A stretch of 64,000 nucleotides of DNA, from positions 1,680 to 65,679 of the forward strand of contig JAPOSW010000120.1 in assembly GCA_026709505.1 (NCBI GenBank), given 5' to 3'. The translations under genes and the position numbers were made by a program. This DNA is from Gammaproteobacteria bacterium (lineage in GTDB: Bacteria > Pseudomonadota > Gammaproteobacteria > Arenicellales > Poriferihabitantaceae). The number at the start of each line of letters is the position of its first letter. The stretch's first letter is position 1. The notes under the pieces are model-generated. The model searched no databases. It was not told the origin of the DNA and worked only from the letters and a program-made list of their open reading frames with translations. Positions 21,559-32,386 of the stretch are shown here, piece after piece.

Positions 21559-24306
21559 TCAAGCAGTGCTCACTCTTGCTGCACAGAACTTGAATTCAGG
21601 GATTTTGCCAATAGGGTCCAGTGCGGAGTTCGTCAAAACGTTTGCTGCCGCTTCAACATAACAGAATGGCACAAATACCATATTCTCTGGAACCGCTTCA
21701 TCCATTCTTGCCACCAGTTCGATCGAGCCACGACGAGTGGATACCTGAATTCGTTCACCCGGCACTACTTTGAGCTTTTCCAGGGTGTGTGAGGAAAGCG
21801 TCGCTACAGCTTCCGGTTCAATGCTGTCCAGCACACTGGCTCTTCTAGTCATGGCTCCGGTATGCCAGTGCTCGAGTTGTCGCCCAGTACTCAGGATCAT
21901 GGGAAAGTCTTCATCCGGCAACTCGTCGGGCGAGATGATTCCAGCCGGTACGATTTTGCCTTTTCCACTTTGAGTGGGGAATCCGCCTTGAAAAACAATG
22001 TCATTGCCGGGGCGGTCCGGGGCATCACAGGGATACGTTACTGAACTTTCATTTTCTATGCGCTCCCAGGAGATATTGTTCAGAGATGGCATGACACTGG
22101 ACATTTCCCGATAGATATCTGAGGGGCTTCGATAATCCCAACCCATGCCGATCCGTTTTCCGATTTCTGTGGTAATCCACCAATCATGACGGGCCTCGCC
22201 CGGAAGCTGCAGCGCCTGCCGACCCATCTGAATCTGTCGGTTGGTATTGGTGACGGTTCCATCCTTTTCCGGCCAGGCTGAAGCAGGCAGTATCACATCG
22301 GCATGAAATGCCGTTTCAGTCAGGAAGATATCCTGAACAACCAGATGCTGTAGACTAGCCAGCGCCTCTCGAGCATGCCTGGCATCCGGATCGGACATTG
22401 CCGGGTTCTCTCCCATGATGTACATGCCGCGAATCTGTCCATCATGAATGGCACGCATGATCTCGACCACGGTCAGTCCCTTCTGTGGATCAAGCGATGT
22501 ACCCCATGCGTCTTCAAAGCGGGATTTCGGATTCTCCTCAAATACCGGCTGATAATCGGGATACATCATGGGGATTAATCCTGCATCGGATGCCCCCTGA
22601 ACATTGTTCTGTCCACGCAGTGGATGCAAGCCGGTTCCGGGTCGGCCAATCTGGCCCGTAATCAGCGACAGGGCAATCAGGCAACGTGCGTTATCCGTGC
22701 CATGCACATGTTGAGAAATACCCATCCCCCAGAATATGATGGATGCTCTGGAGATGGCATATTTTCTGGCCACTACCCTCAGGGTTTCAGCATCAATGCC
22801 ACAAACATCCTCCATGTTTTCAGGAGAAAACTCACGGATATGCCTACTGAGACTCTCGAATCCTTCTGTATGCTGACTCACATACTGTTGGTCATACAAC
22901 TCCTCTTCAACAATGGTATGGAGAATCGCATTCAGCATTGCAACATCCGAACCTGGCTTGAACTGCAGGGTATGCGTGGCATATCGCTGCAACTGGGTTC
23001 TTCTTGGATCCATGAGAATCAGGGCTGTTCCCCTTTTTGCCGCCTGCTTGAAAAACGTCGCGGCGACCGGATGATTGCTGGTTGGGTTGGCACCAATCAG
23101 AATAACGCAGTCCGACTCCTCTGCAGCCATAAAGGGAGCCGATACTGCACCAGACCCAATGCCTTCCAGAAGTGCTGCAACGGATGAGGCATGACACAGA
23201 CGGGTACAGTGATCAACGTTGTTCGTTCCGAAGCCGGCACGTATCAATTTCTGGAATATGTAAGCTTCCTCGTTGGTGCATTTAGCCGATCCGAAGCCAG
23301 CCATCGCACTACTGCCATGCTCATCTCGTATCTGCTTGAGACCGCCAGCCGCATAACCAAGCGCCTCCTCCCAGCTTGCTTCCCGGAAATGGCTGCGGTA
23401 ATTGGCGGCATCAACTGTGTCATTCCCTGATTTCGATGCACCATCAAGTCGGATTAGCGGTTTAGTCAGTCGATGAGGGTGTTTGACATAATCGAATCCG
23501 AAGCGCCCCTTTACGCAAAGCCGATTGCGATTTGAAGGACCATTTCTTCCCTGTACGGCAATAATCTCATTATCATGAGTCTGATAGGTTACCTGGCATC
23601 CCACGCCACAATAAGGGCATACACTGTCGACTTCAGTAAGATTAGGAGCTTTGTCGATTCCTTTTTCATCAACCCGGGCTGACTCCATCAATGCCCCGGT
23701 TGGACAGGCCTGAACGCATTCACCACAGGCAACACAGGTGCTAGCCCCCATTGGGTCATCGAAATCGAAGGCAATTTTTGCATGGTGACCACGGTTGGCC
23801 ATGCCAATCACATCATTGACCTGCACCTCTCGACAGGCCCGAACACAAAGATTGCACTGAATGCAGGCATCAAGGGCCACATGCATGGCGGGATGACTAA
23901 GATCGCGTTCGATATGATCTCGTGCCGGAAACCGACTGGAAGTCATATTCAGGGTCTCTGCCCACTTCCATAACCTTGAGTTTCTCTCATGCGCATTTTC
24001 ACGAGACGGTTGATCCGCGATCAGCAGTTCCATGACCAATGACTGGGATTTTCCGGCACGCTCCGAGTCAGATCGAACCACCATTCCTTCGGCTGCTTTT
24101 CGAAGACAGGATGCTGCCAAAGCCCTCTCGCCTTCGATTTCCACGACGCAGGCCCGACAATTGCCATCCGGACGATAATCGGGCTGGGGTAGATGGCAAA
24201 GATGCGGGATGCATATATTTTCACGATCTGCGGCCTGCCAAATGGTTTCCCCCTCAAATGCCTTGATGATCTTTCCGTTGAGGGTAAAGGAAATGGTCTT
24301 ACTCAT
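21559..24306 (-). CDS. fdsA: NAD-dependent formate dehydrogenase alpha (catalytic molybdopterin) subunit
   Basis: N-terminal 2Fe-2S and 4Fe-4S Cys clusters (CRACVVEI, CIQCNLCVRAC, CVACGECVQACP), then the molybdopterin oxidoreductase body. The ORF is uninterrupted, so this is a Cys-type enzyme with no in-frame TGA. Confidence 0.9.
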   Translation of the reverse strand: MSKTISFTLNGKIIKAFEGETIWQAADRENICIPHLCHLPQPDYRPDGNCRACVVEIEGERALAASCLRKAAEGMVVRSDSERAGKSQSLVMELLIADQPSRENAHERNSRLWKWAETLNMTSSRFPARDHIERDLSHPAMHVALDACIQCNLCVRACREVQVNDVIGMANRGHHAKIAFDFDDPMGASTCVACGECVQACPTGALMESARVDEKGIDKAPNLTEVDSVCPYCGVGCQVTYQTHDNEIIAVQGRNGPSNRNRLCVKGRFGFDYVKHPHRLTKPLIRLDGASKSGNDTVDAANYRSHFREASWEEALGYAAGGLKQIRDEHGSSAMAGFGSAKCTNEEAYIFQKLIRAGFGTNNVDHCTRLCHASSVAALLEGIGSGAVSAPFMAAEESDCVILIGANPTSNHPVAATFFKQAAKRGTALILMDPRRTQLQRYATHTLQFKPGSDVAMLNAILHTIVEEELYDQQYVSQHTEGFESLSRHIREFSPENMEDVCGIDAETLRVVARKYAISRASIIFWGMGISQHVHGTDNARCLIALSLITGQIGRPGTGLHPLRGQNNVQGASDAGLIPMMYPDYQPVFEENPKSRFEDAWGTSLDPQKGLTVVEIMRAIHDGQIRGMYIMGENPAMSDPDARHAREALASLQHLVVQDIFLTETAFHADVILPASAWPEKDGTVTNTNRQIQMGRQALQLPGEARHDWWITTEIGKRIGMGWDYRSPSDIYREMSSVMPSLNNISWERIENESSVTYPCDAPDRPGNDIVFQGGFPTQSGKGKIVPAGIISPDELPDEDFPMILSTGRQLEHWHTGAMTRRASVLDSIEPEAVATLSSHTLEKLKVVPGERIQVSTRRGSIELVARMDEAVPENMVFVPFCYVEAAANVLTNSALDPIGKIPEFKFCAARVSTA

Positions 24307-24309
24307 CGC

Positions 24310-26007
24310 TCACAAATCCTCGGGGAAATATTTCAGGACACAGTTGATGGGGTTGCCTGCCGCTTGGCCCAGGCCGCATATCGAAGCCTCGGTCATGACG
24401 GTGCTGAGGTCTTCGAGCAGTTCTGTGTCCCACTTGGGCTTTGCCATCAACTTGGCGGCTTTTTCGGTTCCACTTCGGCATGGCGTGCACTGACCGCAGC
24501 TTTCATCGCGAAAAAACCGCATCAGATTCAGTGCAACATCCTTCATGTTATCCTGATCACTGAATATGACAATGGCCGCCGAGCCAATGAAGCATCCGTA
24601 TTCCTGAAGCATGCCGAAGTCCAACGGGACATCGTCGATCGAGGCAGGAAGGATGCCCCCTGACGCACCTCCGGGAAGGTAGGCCTTGAATTCGTGGCCA
24701 TCCAACATGCCCCCACAATGTTCATCTATCAATTCCCGGATAGTAATTCCTGCTGAAACCAGTTTGACGCCCGGGTTTTTTATCCGCCCAGATACCGAGT
24801 AGCTTCGCAAACCGAAACAGCCATTGGCGCCTGAATCTGCGAACCACTTGGGGCCTTTTTCAACGATATCGCGAATCCAGTGCAAGGTCTCCACATTGTT
24901 TTCCAGAGTCGGCCGACCAAACAAGCCGACTTCAGCCACATAAGGTGGACGATTGCGGGGCAATCCTCTTTTTCCTTCGATGGATTCAATCATTGCAGAC
25001 TCCTCGCCACAGATGTAGGCCCCTGCCCCCCGACGAATCTCGATCCCCAGATGATCAGCAAGTCCAGCGAACTGGACTTTCGAAATCTCTTCCCTGAGCA
25101 AGGCAATAATGGCCGGATATTCATCTCTGATATAAACGTAGGACTTTTCTATGCCAACGACCCATGCTGCAATCAGCATGCCTTCGATGAAGCGGTGTGG
25201 ATCACGCTCTAGATAGTAACGATCCTTGAAAGTTCCCGGCTCTCCCTCATCAATGTTGACTGCCATCAACCGGGGGGCTTCAAAGCCTCGAACTATGCGC
25301 CATTTTCGGCCGGCCGGAAATCCTGCTCCACCCAATCCCTTTAACTGTGATGCATCCAGATCATCAAGAATCCGCTCGTGAGAATACTCGCCATCCCGAC
25401 AGGCTTTCCACAATCGATAACCTCCCGAATCACAATACTCTTCAAAGCCAATATAGTCAGGGATTATCGGATGAATGTGCCTGCCTTCAACAGCTTCGGA
25501 TAGTTTCTGTTCAGTCGCATGGTCGATATGGTTATGACCGACTTCGGCTACCGGGGCGGTTGCACAACGTCCCATACATGGAGCGCGCAGAATCCTCACT
25601 CCTTCAATGGCTGACTGTTCAAGATCGTGAATCAGTTTTTCCGCATTGGCGAGTTGGCAGGAAATGCTGTCGCAAACCCGGATTGTCAGAGGCGGTGGCG
25701 GCAACTCGTCTTCATGCACAATGTCAAAGTGTGCATAGAACGTAGCAACTTCATAGACTTCACTCTGTGACAAGCGTACCTCATCCGCAAGAGCTGCCAG
25801 ATTCCGGCTCGACAAATATCCATATCGGTCCTGAATGAAATGCAGATATTCAATTAGAAGATCACGCCTCGGAGAATCGCCGATCAGTGCTCTTATCTTG
25901 GCCTTTGCTGACTGGTCGACCTGTCTACCTTTGGTATAGGGACGGGCTTTTCGGCCATCGGAATTCCGGAACCTACCTGACATGACTTCAATCGTATTTG
26001 TCTGCAT
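24310..26007 (-). CDS. fdsB: Formate dehydrogenase diaphorase subunit, fused NuoE-like (FdsG) plus NuoF-like (FdsB)
   Basis: NuoE-like N-terminus (YEVATFYAHF...CDSISCQL...APCMGRC) and NuoF-like body (GLGGAGFPAGRKW, ESCGQCTPCR). The start is ambiguous (26040, 26007 or 25983). Confidence 0.85.
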   Translation of the reverse strand: MQTNTIEVMSGRFRNSDGRKARPYTKGRQVDQSAKAKIRALIGDSPRRDLLIEYLHFIQDRYGYLSSRNLAALADEVRLSQSEVYEVATFYAHFDIVHEDELPPPPLTIRVCDSISCQLANAEKLIHDLEQSAIEGVRILRAPCMGRCATAPVAEVGHNHIDHATEQKLSEAVEGRHIHPIIPDYIGFEEYCDSGGYRLWKACRDGEYSHERILDDLDASQLKGLGGAGFPAGRKWRIVRGFEAPRLMAVNIDEGEPGTFKDRYYLERDPHRFIEGMLIAAWVVGIEKSYVYIRDEYPAIIALLREEISKVQFAGLADHLGIEIRRGAGAYICGEESAMIESIEGKRGLPRNRPPYVAEVGLFGRPTLENNVETLHWIRDIVEKGPKWFADSGANGCFGLRSYSVSGRIKNPGVKLVSAGITIRELIDEHCGGMLDGHEFKAYLPGGASGGILPASIDDVPLDFGMLQEYGCFIGSAAIVIFSDQDNMKDVALNLMRFFRDESCGQCTPCRSGTEKAAKLMAKPKWDTELLEDLSTVMTEASICGLGQAAGNPINCVLKYFPEDL

Positions 26008-26504
26008 AAAAGTATTCCGACCGATACAGCATAGGCTCAAGAAAAAGTGTTGCGAGTATACAAAATTTATTCACGGTAAATTGTAACCCAGTCCCCCATT
26101 TGCGACACGAACATAAACAATTGAATCATGCATGCCGCCCCGGACTGGAATGACCGAGTTTATGGCAGGTATAATTTGCAAAAGAGGAAATGCCCTCCAA
26201 AATTTCTGCGACCATTTCTAAATCTGACCAGACTTTCTGGTCATTGGAGTTTTCTGATGAAGCGAATTTCTTCAATGCCGGTTCTCGGGATGGGCTCGCT
26301 TGCAGTCGAGATTTCCCGTAGCCTTGTTTATCCCGTGTTGTCTATCACTCGTTTTCCGTGCTGTTGAACAACTCGGATTGAAGACGACCAAATGTAATGG
26401 GGCATTCCATAACATATAGGTTCAGGATATGAATCCGGAAAATTCAAATAGGTTATTTTAAAATAAAAGCTTTATATAACCTAATTTATGATACAGTATT
26501 CGTC

Positions 26505-27707
26505 ATGATTGAACGTGACATCGCCCCTCGGTTAATCCAGGCTGCCAAGGCTTGGCCAGCAATCACCTTGACTGGTCCACGTCAAAGCGGCAAGACAACA
26601 CTTTGCCGCGCTTTATTTCCGGACAAGCAATACCTGTCTTTGGAGGCGTTGGATAAACGGGTTTTCGCTACAGAAGACCCTCGTGGATTTCTGGCTCAAA
26701 TGCCGGATGGGGGAATCATTGATGAAGTTCAAAGAGTACCCGAGTTGCTCTCCTATCTGCAGGGCTATGTTGATGACAATCCAGCGCCGGGGCGCTGGAT
26801 TCTAACTGGCTCTCACAACTTCTCTCTACTGAAATCAATCGGCCAGTCACTTGCTGGGCGCACCGCCGTTTATGAATTGCTCCCGCTTTCTCGCGAAGAA
26901 CTCCTGCGATTTGGAAACCATCCCAAAACCATGGAGGAAAGCCTCCTCATGGGCTCCTATCCGCGCGTGTTCGATGAGGGGCTAGAAGTCTCGGACTGGT
27001 TCGGGTCCTACACATCCACCTATCTTGAACGTGATGTGCGAATGATTGGCAACGTCAGCGACCTCGGGAACTTCAGGCGTTTTTTGATGCTGTGTGCAGG
27101 TCGGACTTCCCAGCTGCTGAATCTTTCATCACTTGCTGGAGATTGCGGGATTTCGCAACCAACTGCAAAAGCCTGGATCGATATTCTCGAAACTGGCTAT
27201 ATAGCTTTCCGGCTACCGCCACTGATCAGCAATCTTCGCAAGAGAATCGTAAAGATGCCCAAGCTGCATTTCCTTGATACTGGACTGATTTGCTGGCTGC
27301 TGGGAATTCATGCTCCAGAGCAACTGCACACGCATCCGCTTCGCGGGCCGATTTTCGAGACATGGATTATCGCAGAGCTTGTCAAGCGAAAAGCAAATCT
27401 GGGCGAGACCGGCAGTTTCTCATACTACCGAGACCAGAACGGTGCGGAGGCTGACCTGATTATTGAAAAATCGGCGGGCAAGATTATTGTCGAATGCAAG
27501 TCTTCTTCCACTCCATCGTCAAACCTCATTGGCAATGCCCTTCGTATTCAAGCGCATCTTAAACGAGCGGACATTCAATCCAATGTGGTTGCGGTGTACG
27601 CCGGTGATCAAGTCCAGCATCGAGAAAAGGGCAGTTTGATTCCCTGGAATAAACTCCATGCGATTGACTGGGATACACATGTCCAGCAATGCCGCAAAGC
27701 CATGTAA
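26505..27707 (+). CDS. AAA+ ATPase of the AAA_14/DUF4143 type (function unknown)
   Basis: Walker A LTGPRQSGKTTL, IIDEVQRVPEL Walker B-like, and the typical ~400-aa architecture of this family. Confidence 0.7.
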   Translation: MIERDIAPRLIQAAKAWPAITLTGPRQSGKTTLCRALFPDKQYLSLEALDKRVFATEDPRGFLAQMPDGGIIDEVQRVPELLSYLQGYVDDNPAPGRWILTGSHNFSLLKSIGQSLAGRTAVYELLPLSREELLRFGNHPKTMEESLLMGSYPRVFDEGLEVSDWFGSYTSTYLERDVRMIGNVSDLGNFRRFLMLCAGRTSQLLNLSSLAGDCGISQPTAKAWIDILETGYIAFRLPPLISNLRKRIVKMPKLHFLDTGLICWLLGIHAPEQLHTHPLRGPIFETWIIAELVKRKANLGETGSFSYYRDQNGAEADLIIEKSAGKIIVECKSSSTPSSNLIGNALRIQAHLKRADIQSNVVAVYAGDQVQHREKGSLIPWNKLHAIDWDTHVQQCRKAM

Positions 27708-27864
27708 TATGCCAACATGCCCTTCTCAGACTTTCATGAGGTTCAGTCTAATGTACTACAAGTTGATGAGGCCATTGCATCCATTCTCTTTTGGAAAGCC
27801 ATGGCGCATGAGATGGCTTCGGGCCTTCAGAACAAGCACTTGATCAAAAAGCATTGCCTATAAG

Positions 27865-29304
27865 TTACTCAATGGCTTGACCAATTCGGGAGACATGGAT
27901 AAGATTCGTTGTTCCTGAAGCTCCAAAAGGCAAGCCTGCTGTAATGACCACAGCCTGCCCCTGAGACGCAAACTCCTCAGAAACGGCTATTTCCTTGGCG
28001 GCATTAATCACCTGCAAGACATCTGCCTCCTGATTCGCCACATTAACAACTACTGGATGCACCCCCCAAACCATCGACATGTAGCGGGCAGCTCGAATGG
28101 ATGGCGTAATGCTCAAAATCGGGGATAGGGGGCGCTCACGAGCAACGCGCAAACTGGTGCTGCCGGAAGATGTATAGGTTACTGTTGCTGCAGCCGAATC
28201 CAGAATTTCAGTGATTCTCTGAATACTGTTACTGATTGCATCTGCCGTGGTATTCATGGGTTCAGGGTGCTGCGCCTGAATAATCGCCTGATACTCTGGA
28301 TCCTTCTCAACCTCCTCGATAATGCTATTCATCATCAACACTGATTCAACCGGGTATCGCCCTGCTGCCGATTCTGCTGACAGCATGACCGCATCGACGC
28401 CGTCATAAATCGCAGTTGACACATCCGAGGCTTCTGCGCGGGTTGGAAGCGGGTTTGACACCATCGAATCCAGCATGTGTGTTGCGACCACTACCGGCTT
28501 TCCAACCTGGCGGCAGGTTCGAATGATTTTTTTCTGGGCAATGGGGACCTGCTCTGGAGCCAGCTCAACGCCCAGATCACCGCGCGCAATCATAATTCCG
28601 TCACAAAGATCCAGAATTTGGTCGATGGATTCAAGGGCCGAGGGCTTTTCCAGCTTGACCATGATTCTGGCCCTTCCATCGACAGCCTGACGCATCATAT
28701 CAACATCCTGTGGAGTCTGGACAAATGACTGGGCAATCCAGTCCGCTCCATGTTCAAGGGCGAATTCAATATCCTTTTGATCTTTTTCGGTGATGCAGGA
28801 AATGGGAAGAACGACATTGGGAATGTTCACCCCCTTGTTTGCTCGAATCGTGCCCCCAACAATGACTTTGGTATCTGCATACGATTCTTCACAATGCGTT
28901 ACTTCCAGTTTTACACGACCGTCATCAATCAGGAGTTCACTGCCAATTCCCAAGGCTTTAAATATCTCAGGATGTGGCAATGGTGCCCGGCTTCTGTTGC
29001 CCGGTTCTGGATTTAGGTCGAGCCGATATGACGTATCATTTTGCAGGTCCACACCTTCCTGCAAAAATTCACCGAGACGGAGTTTCGGGCCCTGGATATC
29101 CGCCATGATGCCTACCGGTCGTGATACGGCTTCCTCATGTTTGCGGATGATTTGAATCCGTTCACCATGGCTGTCATGATTGCCATGGCTGAAGTTTAAT
29201 CTGAATACGTCAACTCCGGCATACAAGAGTTTTTCAATAATGTCTGATGTCGAACTTGCCGGACCCAGTGTTGCAACGACTTTGGCTTTTCGATTTCTAC
29301 GCAT
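27865..29304 (-). CDS. pyk: Pyruvate kinase
   Basis: MRRNRKAKVVATLGPAS, FRLNFSHG, IMIARGDLGVE, MLSAESAAGRYP. Confidence 0.95.
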   Translation of the reverse strand: MRRNRKAKVVATLGPASSTSDIIEKLLYAGVDVFRLNFSHGNHDSHGERIQIIRKHEEAVSRPVGIMADIQGPKLRLGEFLQEGVDLQNDTSYRLDLNPEPGNRSRAPLPHPEIFKALGIGSELLIDDGRVKLEVTHCEESYADTKVIVGGTIRANKGVNIPNVVLPISCITEKDQKDIEFALEHGADWIAQSFVQTPQDVDMMRQAVDGRARIMVKLEKPSALESIDQILDLCDGIMIARGDLGVELAPEQVPIAQKKIIRTCRQVGKPVVVATHMLDSMVSNPLPTRAEASDVSTAIYDGVDAVMLSAESAAGRYPVESVLMMNSIIEEVEKDPEYQAIIQAQHPEPMNTTADAISNSIQRITEILDSAAATVTYTSSGSTSLRVARERPLSPILSITPSIRAARYMSMVWGVHPVVVNVANQEADVLQVINAAKEIAVSEEFASQGQAVVITAGLPFGASGTTNLIHVSRIGQAIE

Positions 29305-29562
29305 GGATGTCCCTGGCGACAGTTGTGGATTCTTCTGAATTTGCTACGAGCAGATGCAGGGCAAATATAAATGGGATTTGAAGATATTGGTGTTCGAGCA
29401 GTTTATCGAACAAACACAATCGGGCAGTAAGATCACCGGTTATCCTCTAAAACGACGCCACGACCGGCTTTTGGTGATGACTCTTGGATAACGCCATAAT
29501 CATGCCTGGATCCTTACAAGTTTCAGACATCCGAAAACATGGTTCACTCTGATGGTTAAAAT

Positions 29563-29943
29563 TCAACAAGTTGTGTCATTTTCAGGATCAATCGAAGAAA
29601 AAATCTCTTGAATATCCTTCTTTAAGTCTGGCAGATCTTTTTCAATTACATTCCAGATTATATTTAAATCCAGGCTGAGATACCGATGGGCAATTACGTT
29701 CCGGAATACAGAGATTTCACGCCAGGGTATACCGTTATATTTTTGCTTGACTGGATCGCTCAAAAGCTGTGTTGATTCTGCAAGAATTTGCAAATTCCGT
29801 AAAACTGCATCCTGAACTATCTGTGATTCAAGGAAGGCTTTGCGTCCCTTCTGTGAATATTCCTCAATCCGGCCTATGTATGTAGGAATATGTTCCAGTA
29901 AATATGCATCTGAGAACGCATCGGAGAATAATTTTCTCCTCAC
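29563..29943 (-). CDS. hepT: HepT-type (DUF86/HEPN) toxin of an MNT-HepT pair
   Basis: RX4HXY motif in FRNVIAHRYLSLD. 4-nt overlap with the upstream nucleotidyltransferase gene. Confidence 0.8.
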   Translation of the reverse strand: MRRKLFSDAFSDAYLLEHIPTYIGRIEEYSQKGRKAFLESQIVQDAVLRNLQILAESTQLLSDPVKQKYNGIPWREISVFRNVIAHRYLSLDLNIIWNVIEKDLPDLKKDIQEIFSSIDPENDTTC

Positions 29944-30251
29944 AACTGCACCGCCTCCTTTATAACCCTCTCACGTAACGCTGGATCGATAACGTTTTCT
30001 GTCAGTACATCAAACCGTCGACCTAGAAGATCCCGTACATCCATCAACAATCCGTCCAAAGCCAGCCCACTCACACCTTCAGGAAGTGAAACCAGCAAAT
30101 CAACATCACTGGAATCATCAGCATCTCCCCTTGCCATAGAACCAAAAACACTTACTGATTCTATGCCGTAGGAACCGGCTATATCAAGAATGTTTTTTCG
30201 ATTTTTTTCAATCAAATCGTGCATTAATTCTCTCCAGAATGTCTGCCGCAC
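29940..30251 (-). CDS. mntA: MNT-type minimal nucleotidyltransferase antitoxin
   Basis: GSMARGDADDSSDVDLLV (GS...DxD) polymerase-beta-like nucleotidyltransferase motif. Confidence 0.8.
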   Translation of the reverse strand: MRQTFWRELMHDLIEKNRKNILDIAGSYGIESVSVFGSMARGDADDSSDVDLLVSLPEGVSGLALDGLLMDVRDLLGRRFDVLTENVIDPALRERVIKEAVQL

Positions 30252-30366
30252 TGAATCAGTTTACAGCATTTTCATTGTAGGCAATGATTTTAGAAACCTG
30301 TTTTAATGCCTTTTGATTTTCTGTTTTTGACAATAATATGCAAGATTCATGCGAATACACTGATCA

Positions 30367-31620
30367 TCAATAAGAGTCGCAAGTTAGATCACCTATAGCC
30401 CGCTCTAGCCATTGAATCGCCTGTTTGACACTCTCATCCGGTTGGGTGCAGTCAAAAGGCATACAAATCAGAAAATTTCCGTCAAAAAAGCGAAAGTGCA
30501 GAGGGTCTTTGAATCGCGGGTTTTGCGGATAGACCAACATCACAGTCTTACATTTATAACGTTTACTGTAAGCATAAATCTGATATAGGTCAGATTGCGT
30601 TATTTTATGTTTTGAGTCGACACGCTTCCCTTCGAATTTTTTCCATTTTGCATCCAATACAAACTGATGGGCTTCGTTCTTCATAAGGACTATGTCTGGC
30701 TTCATATTATAGGTTTCCTTCTCTTCAAACATAGATATTTGCGGTCCTTGAGTCTTTACCCCATACTCTTTTTGGCAGCTACGAAATGCAGTAGATACAA
30801 AATCCTCAAACACCTTTTCCATTGGAAATAACAGTGAGATATTTGCATGCTTCCCACTGTATGCGGTCAACCCCTTGTCAAACAGAAATAGGCCAACCCA
30901 TTGCATGACTGGACGATAGAGTGGCATGGAACGATCTATGTGATGAGCTTTCCAGTCTGATCGAATATTGATTGATTCCGGCACATCTGAAAAGGCCATA
31001 TCCATTTGATGGTGAAGTACTTGATTCTCTTCACCTCGAATACGTCTACCAAGTCTGTTGAGTGTACTTCGAATTAATCTGTTTGCGGGACGATTGACAC
31101 TGAATATCTCGTGTTCCACAAAAAGCCGCGATGCATTGACAAGATTCTGACGCAGGTGCTCTTGAAATAGGAGACGCCCTCGAAGATAGGGGAGATTTTC
31201 TTCGACTGGAATATAACGGTGAGCAAGTCCTGAACGGATCAACTTTTGGAGGTCTATCAGAAACAGTCGAACAAATATATCCAGCATTGGGAATCTGGAC
31301 ATGGAACGAATACTGCTTTCGTTTTCGGGTAGACTGCCTTTCAGACCACGGTAGCATCTCAGCATTTTGAGAAAAACCTGTTTTGCTTTCTCGTTATTGC
31401 TGTCGTTATCAGAGTCTACACCAAATTCAATTTTAGGCAGAATTTCGAGAACAAAACCATGTCGGGAGGTTATTACTCCGACATAGTTTTCCGCTATCAA
31501 ATAACCCTGGTATTGATGAAGACCTTTATCGGTTACATCCAATAGAGCGGAGGCATCTCTTTGAGAAATGGCATCACCTATCTTGAGTTTTTTATACTCG
31601 CACAGAGTTACATAGTGCAT
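30367..31620 (-). CDS. mcrC: McrC-like nuclease subunit of a McrBC-type restriction system
   Basis: 417 aa. The C-terminal PD-(D/E)xK-like region is NMKPDIVLMKNEAHQFVLDAKWKKF. The N-terminal region resembles McrC proteins I remember (LPKIEF..., RGRLLFQEHLRQN). Same strand as mcrB. Confidence 0.75.
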   Translation of the reverse strand: MHYVTLCEYKKLKIGDAISQRDASALLDVTDKGLHQYQGYLIAENYVGVITSRHGFVLEILPKIEFGVDSDNDSNNEKAKQVFLKMLRCYRGLKGSLPENESSIRSMSRFPMLDIFVRLFLIDLQKLIRSGLAHRYIPVEENLPYLRGRLLFQEHLRQNLVNASRLFVEHEIFSVNRPANRLIRSTLNRLGRRIRGEENQVLHHQMDMAFSDVPESINIRSDWKAHHIDRSMPLYRPVMQWVGLFLFDKGLTAYSGKHANISLLFPMEKVFEDFVSTAFRSCQKEYGVKTQGPQISMFEEKETYNMKPDIVLMKNEAHQFVLDAKWKKFEGKRVDSKHKITQSDLYQIYAYSKRYKCKTVMLVYPQNPRFKDPLHFRFFDGNFLICMPFDCTQPDESVKQAIQWLERAIGDLTCDSY

Positions 31621-31804
31621 CAGATTTATACTTTATTACGCAAAAGTAATAACTGCCGCGTAGGCGTACTTGAAAACAATCATCTGTCCGACCCTAAAAT
31701 TATGACTTTTTCGTATTTCTGATAGACATGGATTAAGAAGTTTTCATCTGAAATTTAGACCAATTTGGGCTGAAAATTAAGTCTCGGTGCCAAAAGATGA
31801 TAAA

Positions 31805-32386
31805 TCACGGACCTTCCGCAATGAGTTCTTTTTCCAGTTCGACAATCGCCGCAACCAGATTTCGAAAACTCGAGGATCGTTGATTTTTCATATCCAAATG
31901 CTGGCCAATCGCTCGAGAACCGGCAATTTTTTTATATTTGTTTTCAGTCAAGGACTGAAGAAGACGGCTCGGATTATCCTGTTCATCAGGGGAACGAAAT
32001 TTTCTTGATTGCTGCCTTTGCGATATTCCCCTTATGCCGAGCGCCTTTTCGACGGCAGACAAATCCGCCAGATAAAATGCCTCAAGTTCCTTGCATGCAA
32101 TGCGCACTCTGCACTTGCCTGCCTTTCCTGATTGATCGCATAATTCAAGCAGGCCGTTCTTGACCTTTTCACAGTCTGGATGACTGTCCTGATCGCGCAG
32201 AACAATAAAACGCACCCTTTCTTTCTGATAGCTGCGAATCTTTCTGACTAACTGTTTTTCTAGATCCTGCTTACCTTGAAATGGGATGAATCGGTGCTCT
32301 GTACCATCCTTCAACAATCTTGGCAACAAGGACTCCAGCATAGCCCCGGCAGAAAATTCTTCGAGAAGAAATACAATTTCCCTCAT
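31805..32386 (-). CDS. Small TOPRIM-like protein, DUF4276-type
   Basis: 193 aa. It has an N-terminal acidic IVFLLEEFSAGAMLESLLPRLL and a later FIVLRDQDS (E ... DxD arrangement typical of TOPRIM). ATGA start/stop overlap with the upstream ATPase at 32383..32386. The family name is from memory of ATPase+DUF4276 gene pairs, not from a search. Confidence 0.55.
   Translation of the reverse strand: MREIVFLLEEFSAGAMLESLLPRLLKDGTEHRFIPFQGKQDLEKQLVRKIRSYQKERVRFIVLRDQDSHPDCEKVKNGLLELCDQSGKAGKCRVRIACKELEAFYLADLSAVEKALGIRGISQRQQSRKFRSPDEQDNPSRLLQSLTENKYKKIAGSRAIGQHLDMKNQRSSSFRNLVAAIVELEKELIAEGP

Noticed and set aside
26041-26504. 79-aa ORF 26128..26367 and small inverted repeats (TGACCAGA-ctt-TCTGGTCA at ~26227..26245; AGGTTAT...ATAACCT near 26451..26490) upstream of the fds operon and the DUF4143 ATPase
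   Set aside because: The ORF has no motifs and sits in a divergent promoter region. The inverted repeats are short and could be ordinary operator or terminator elements. The evidence is insufficient to call a feature.
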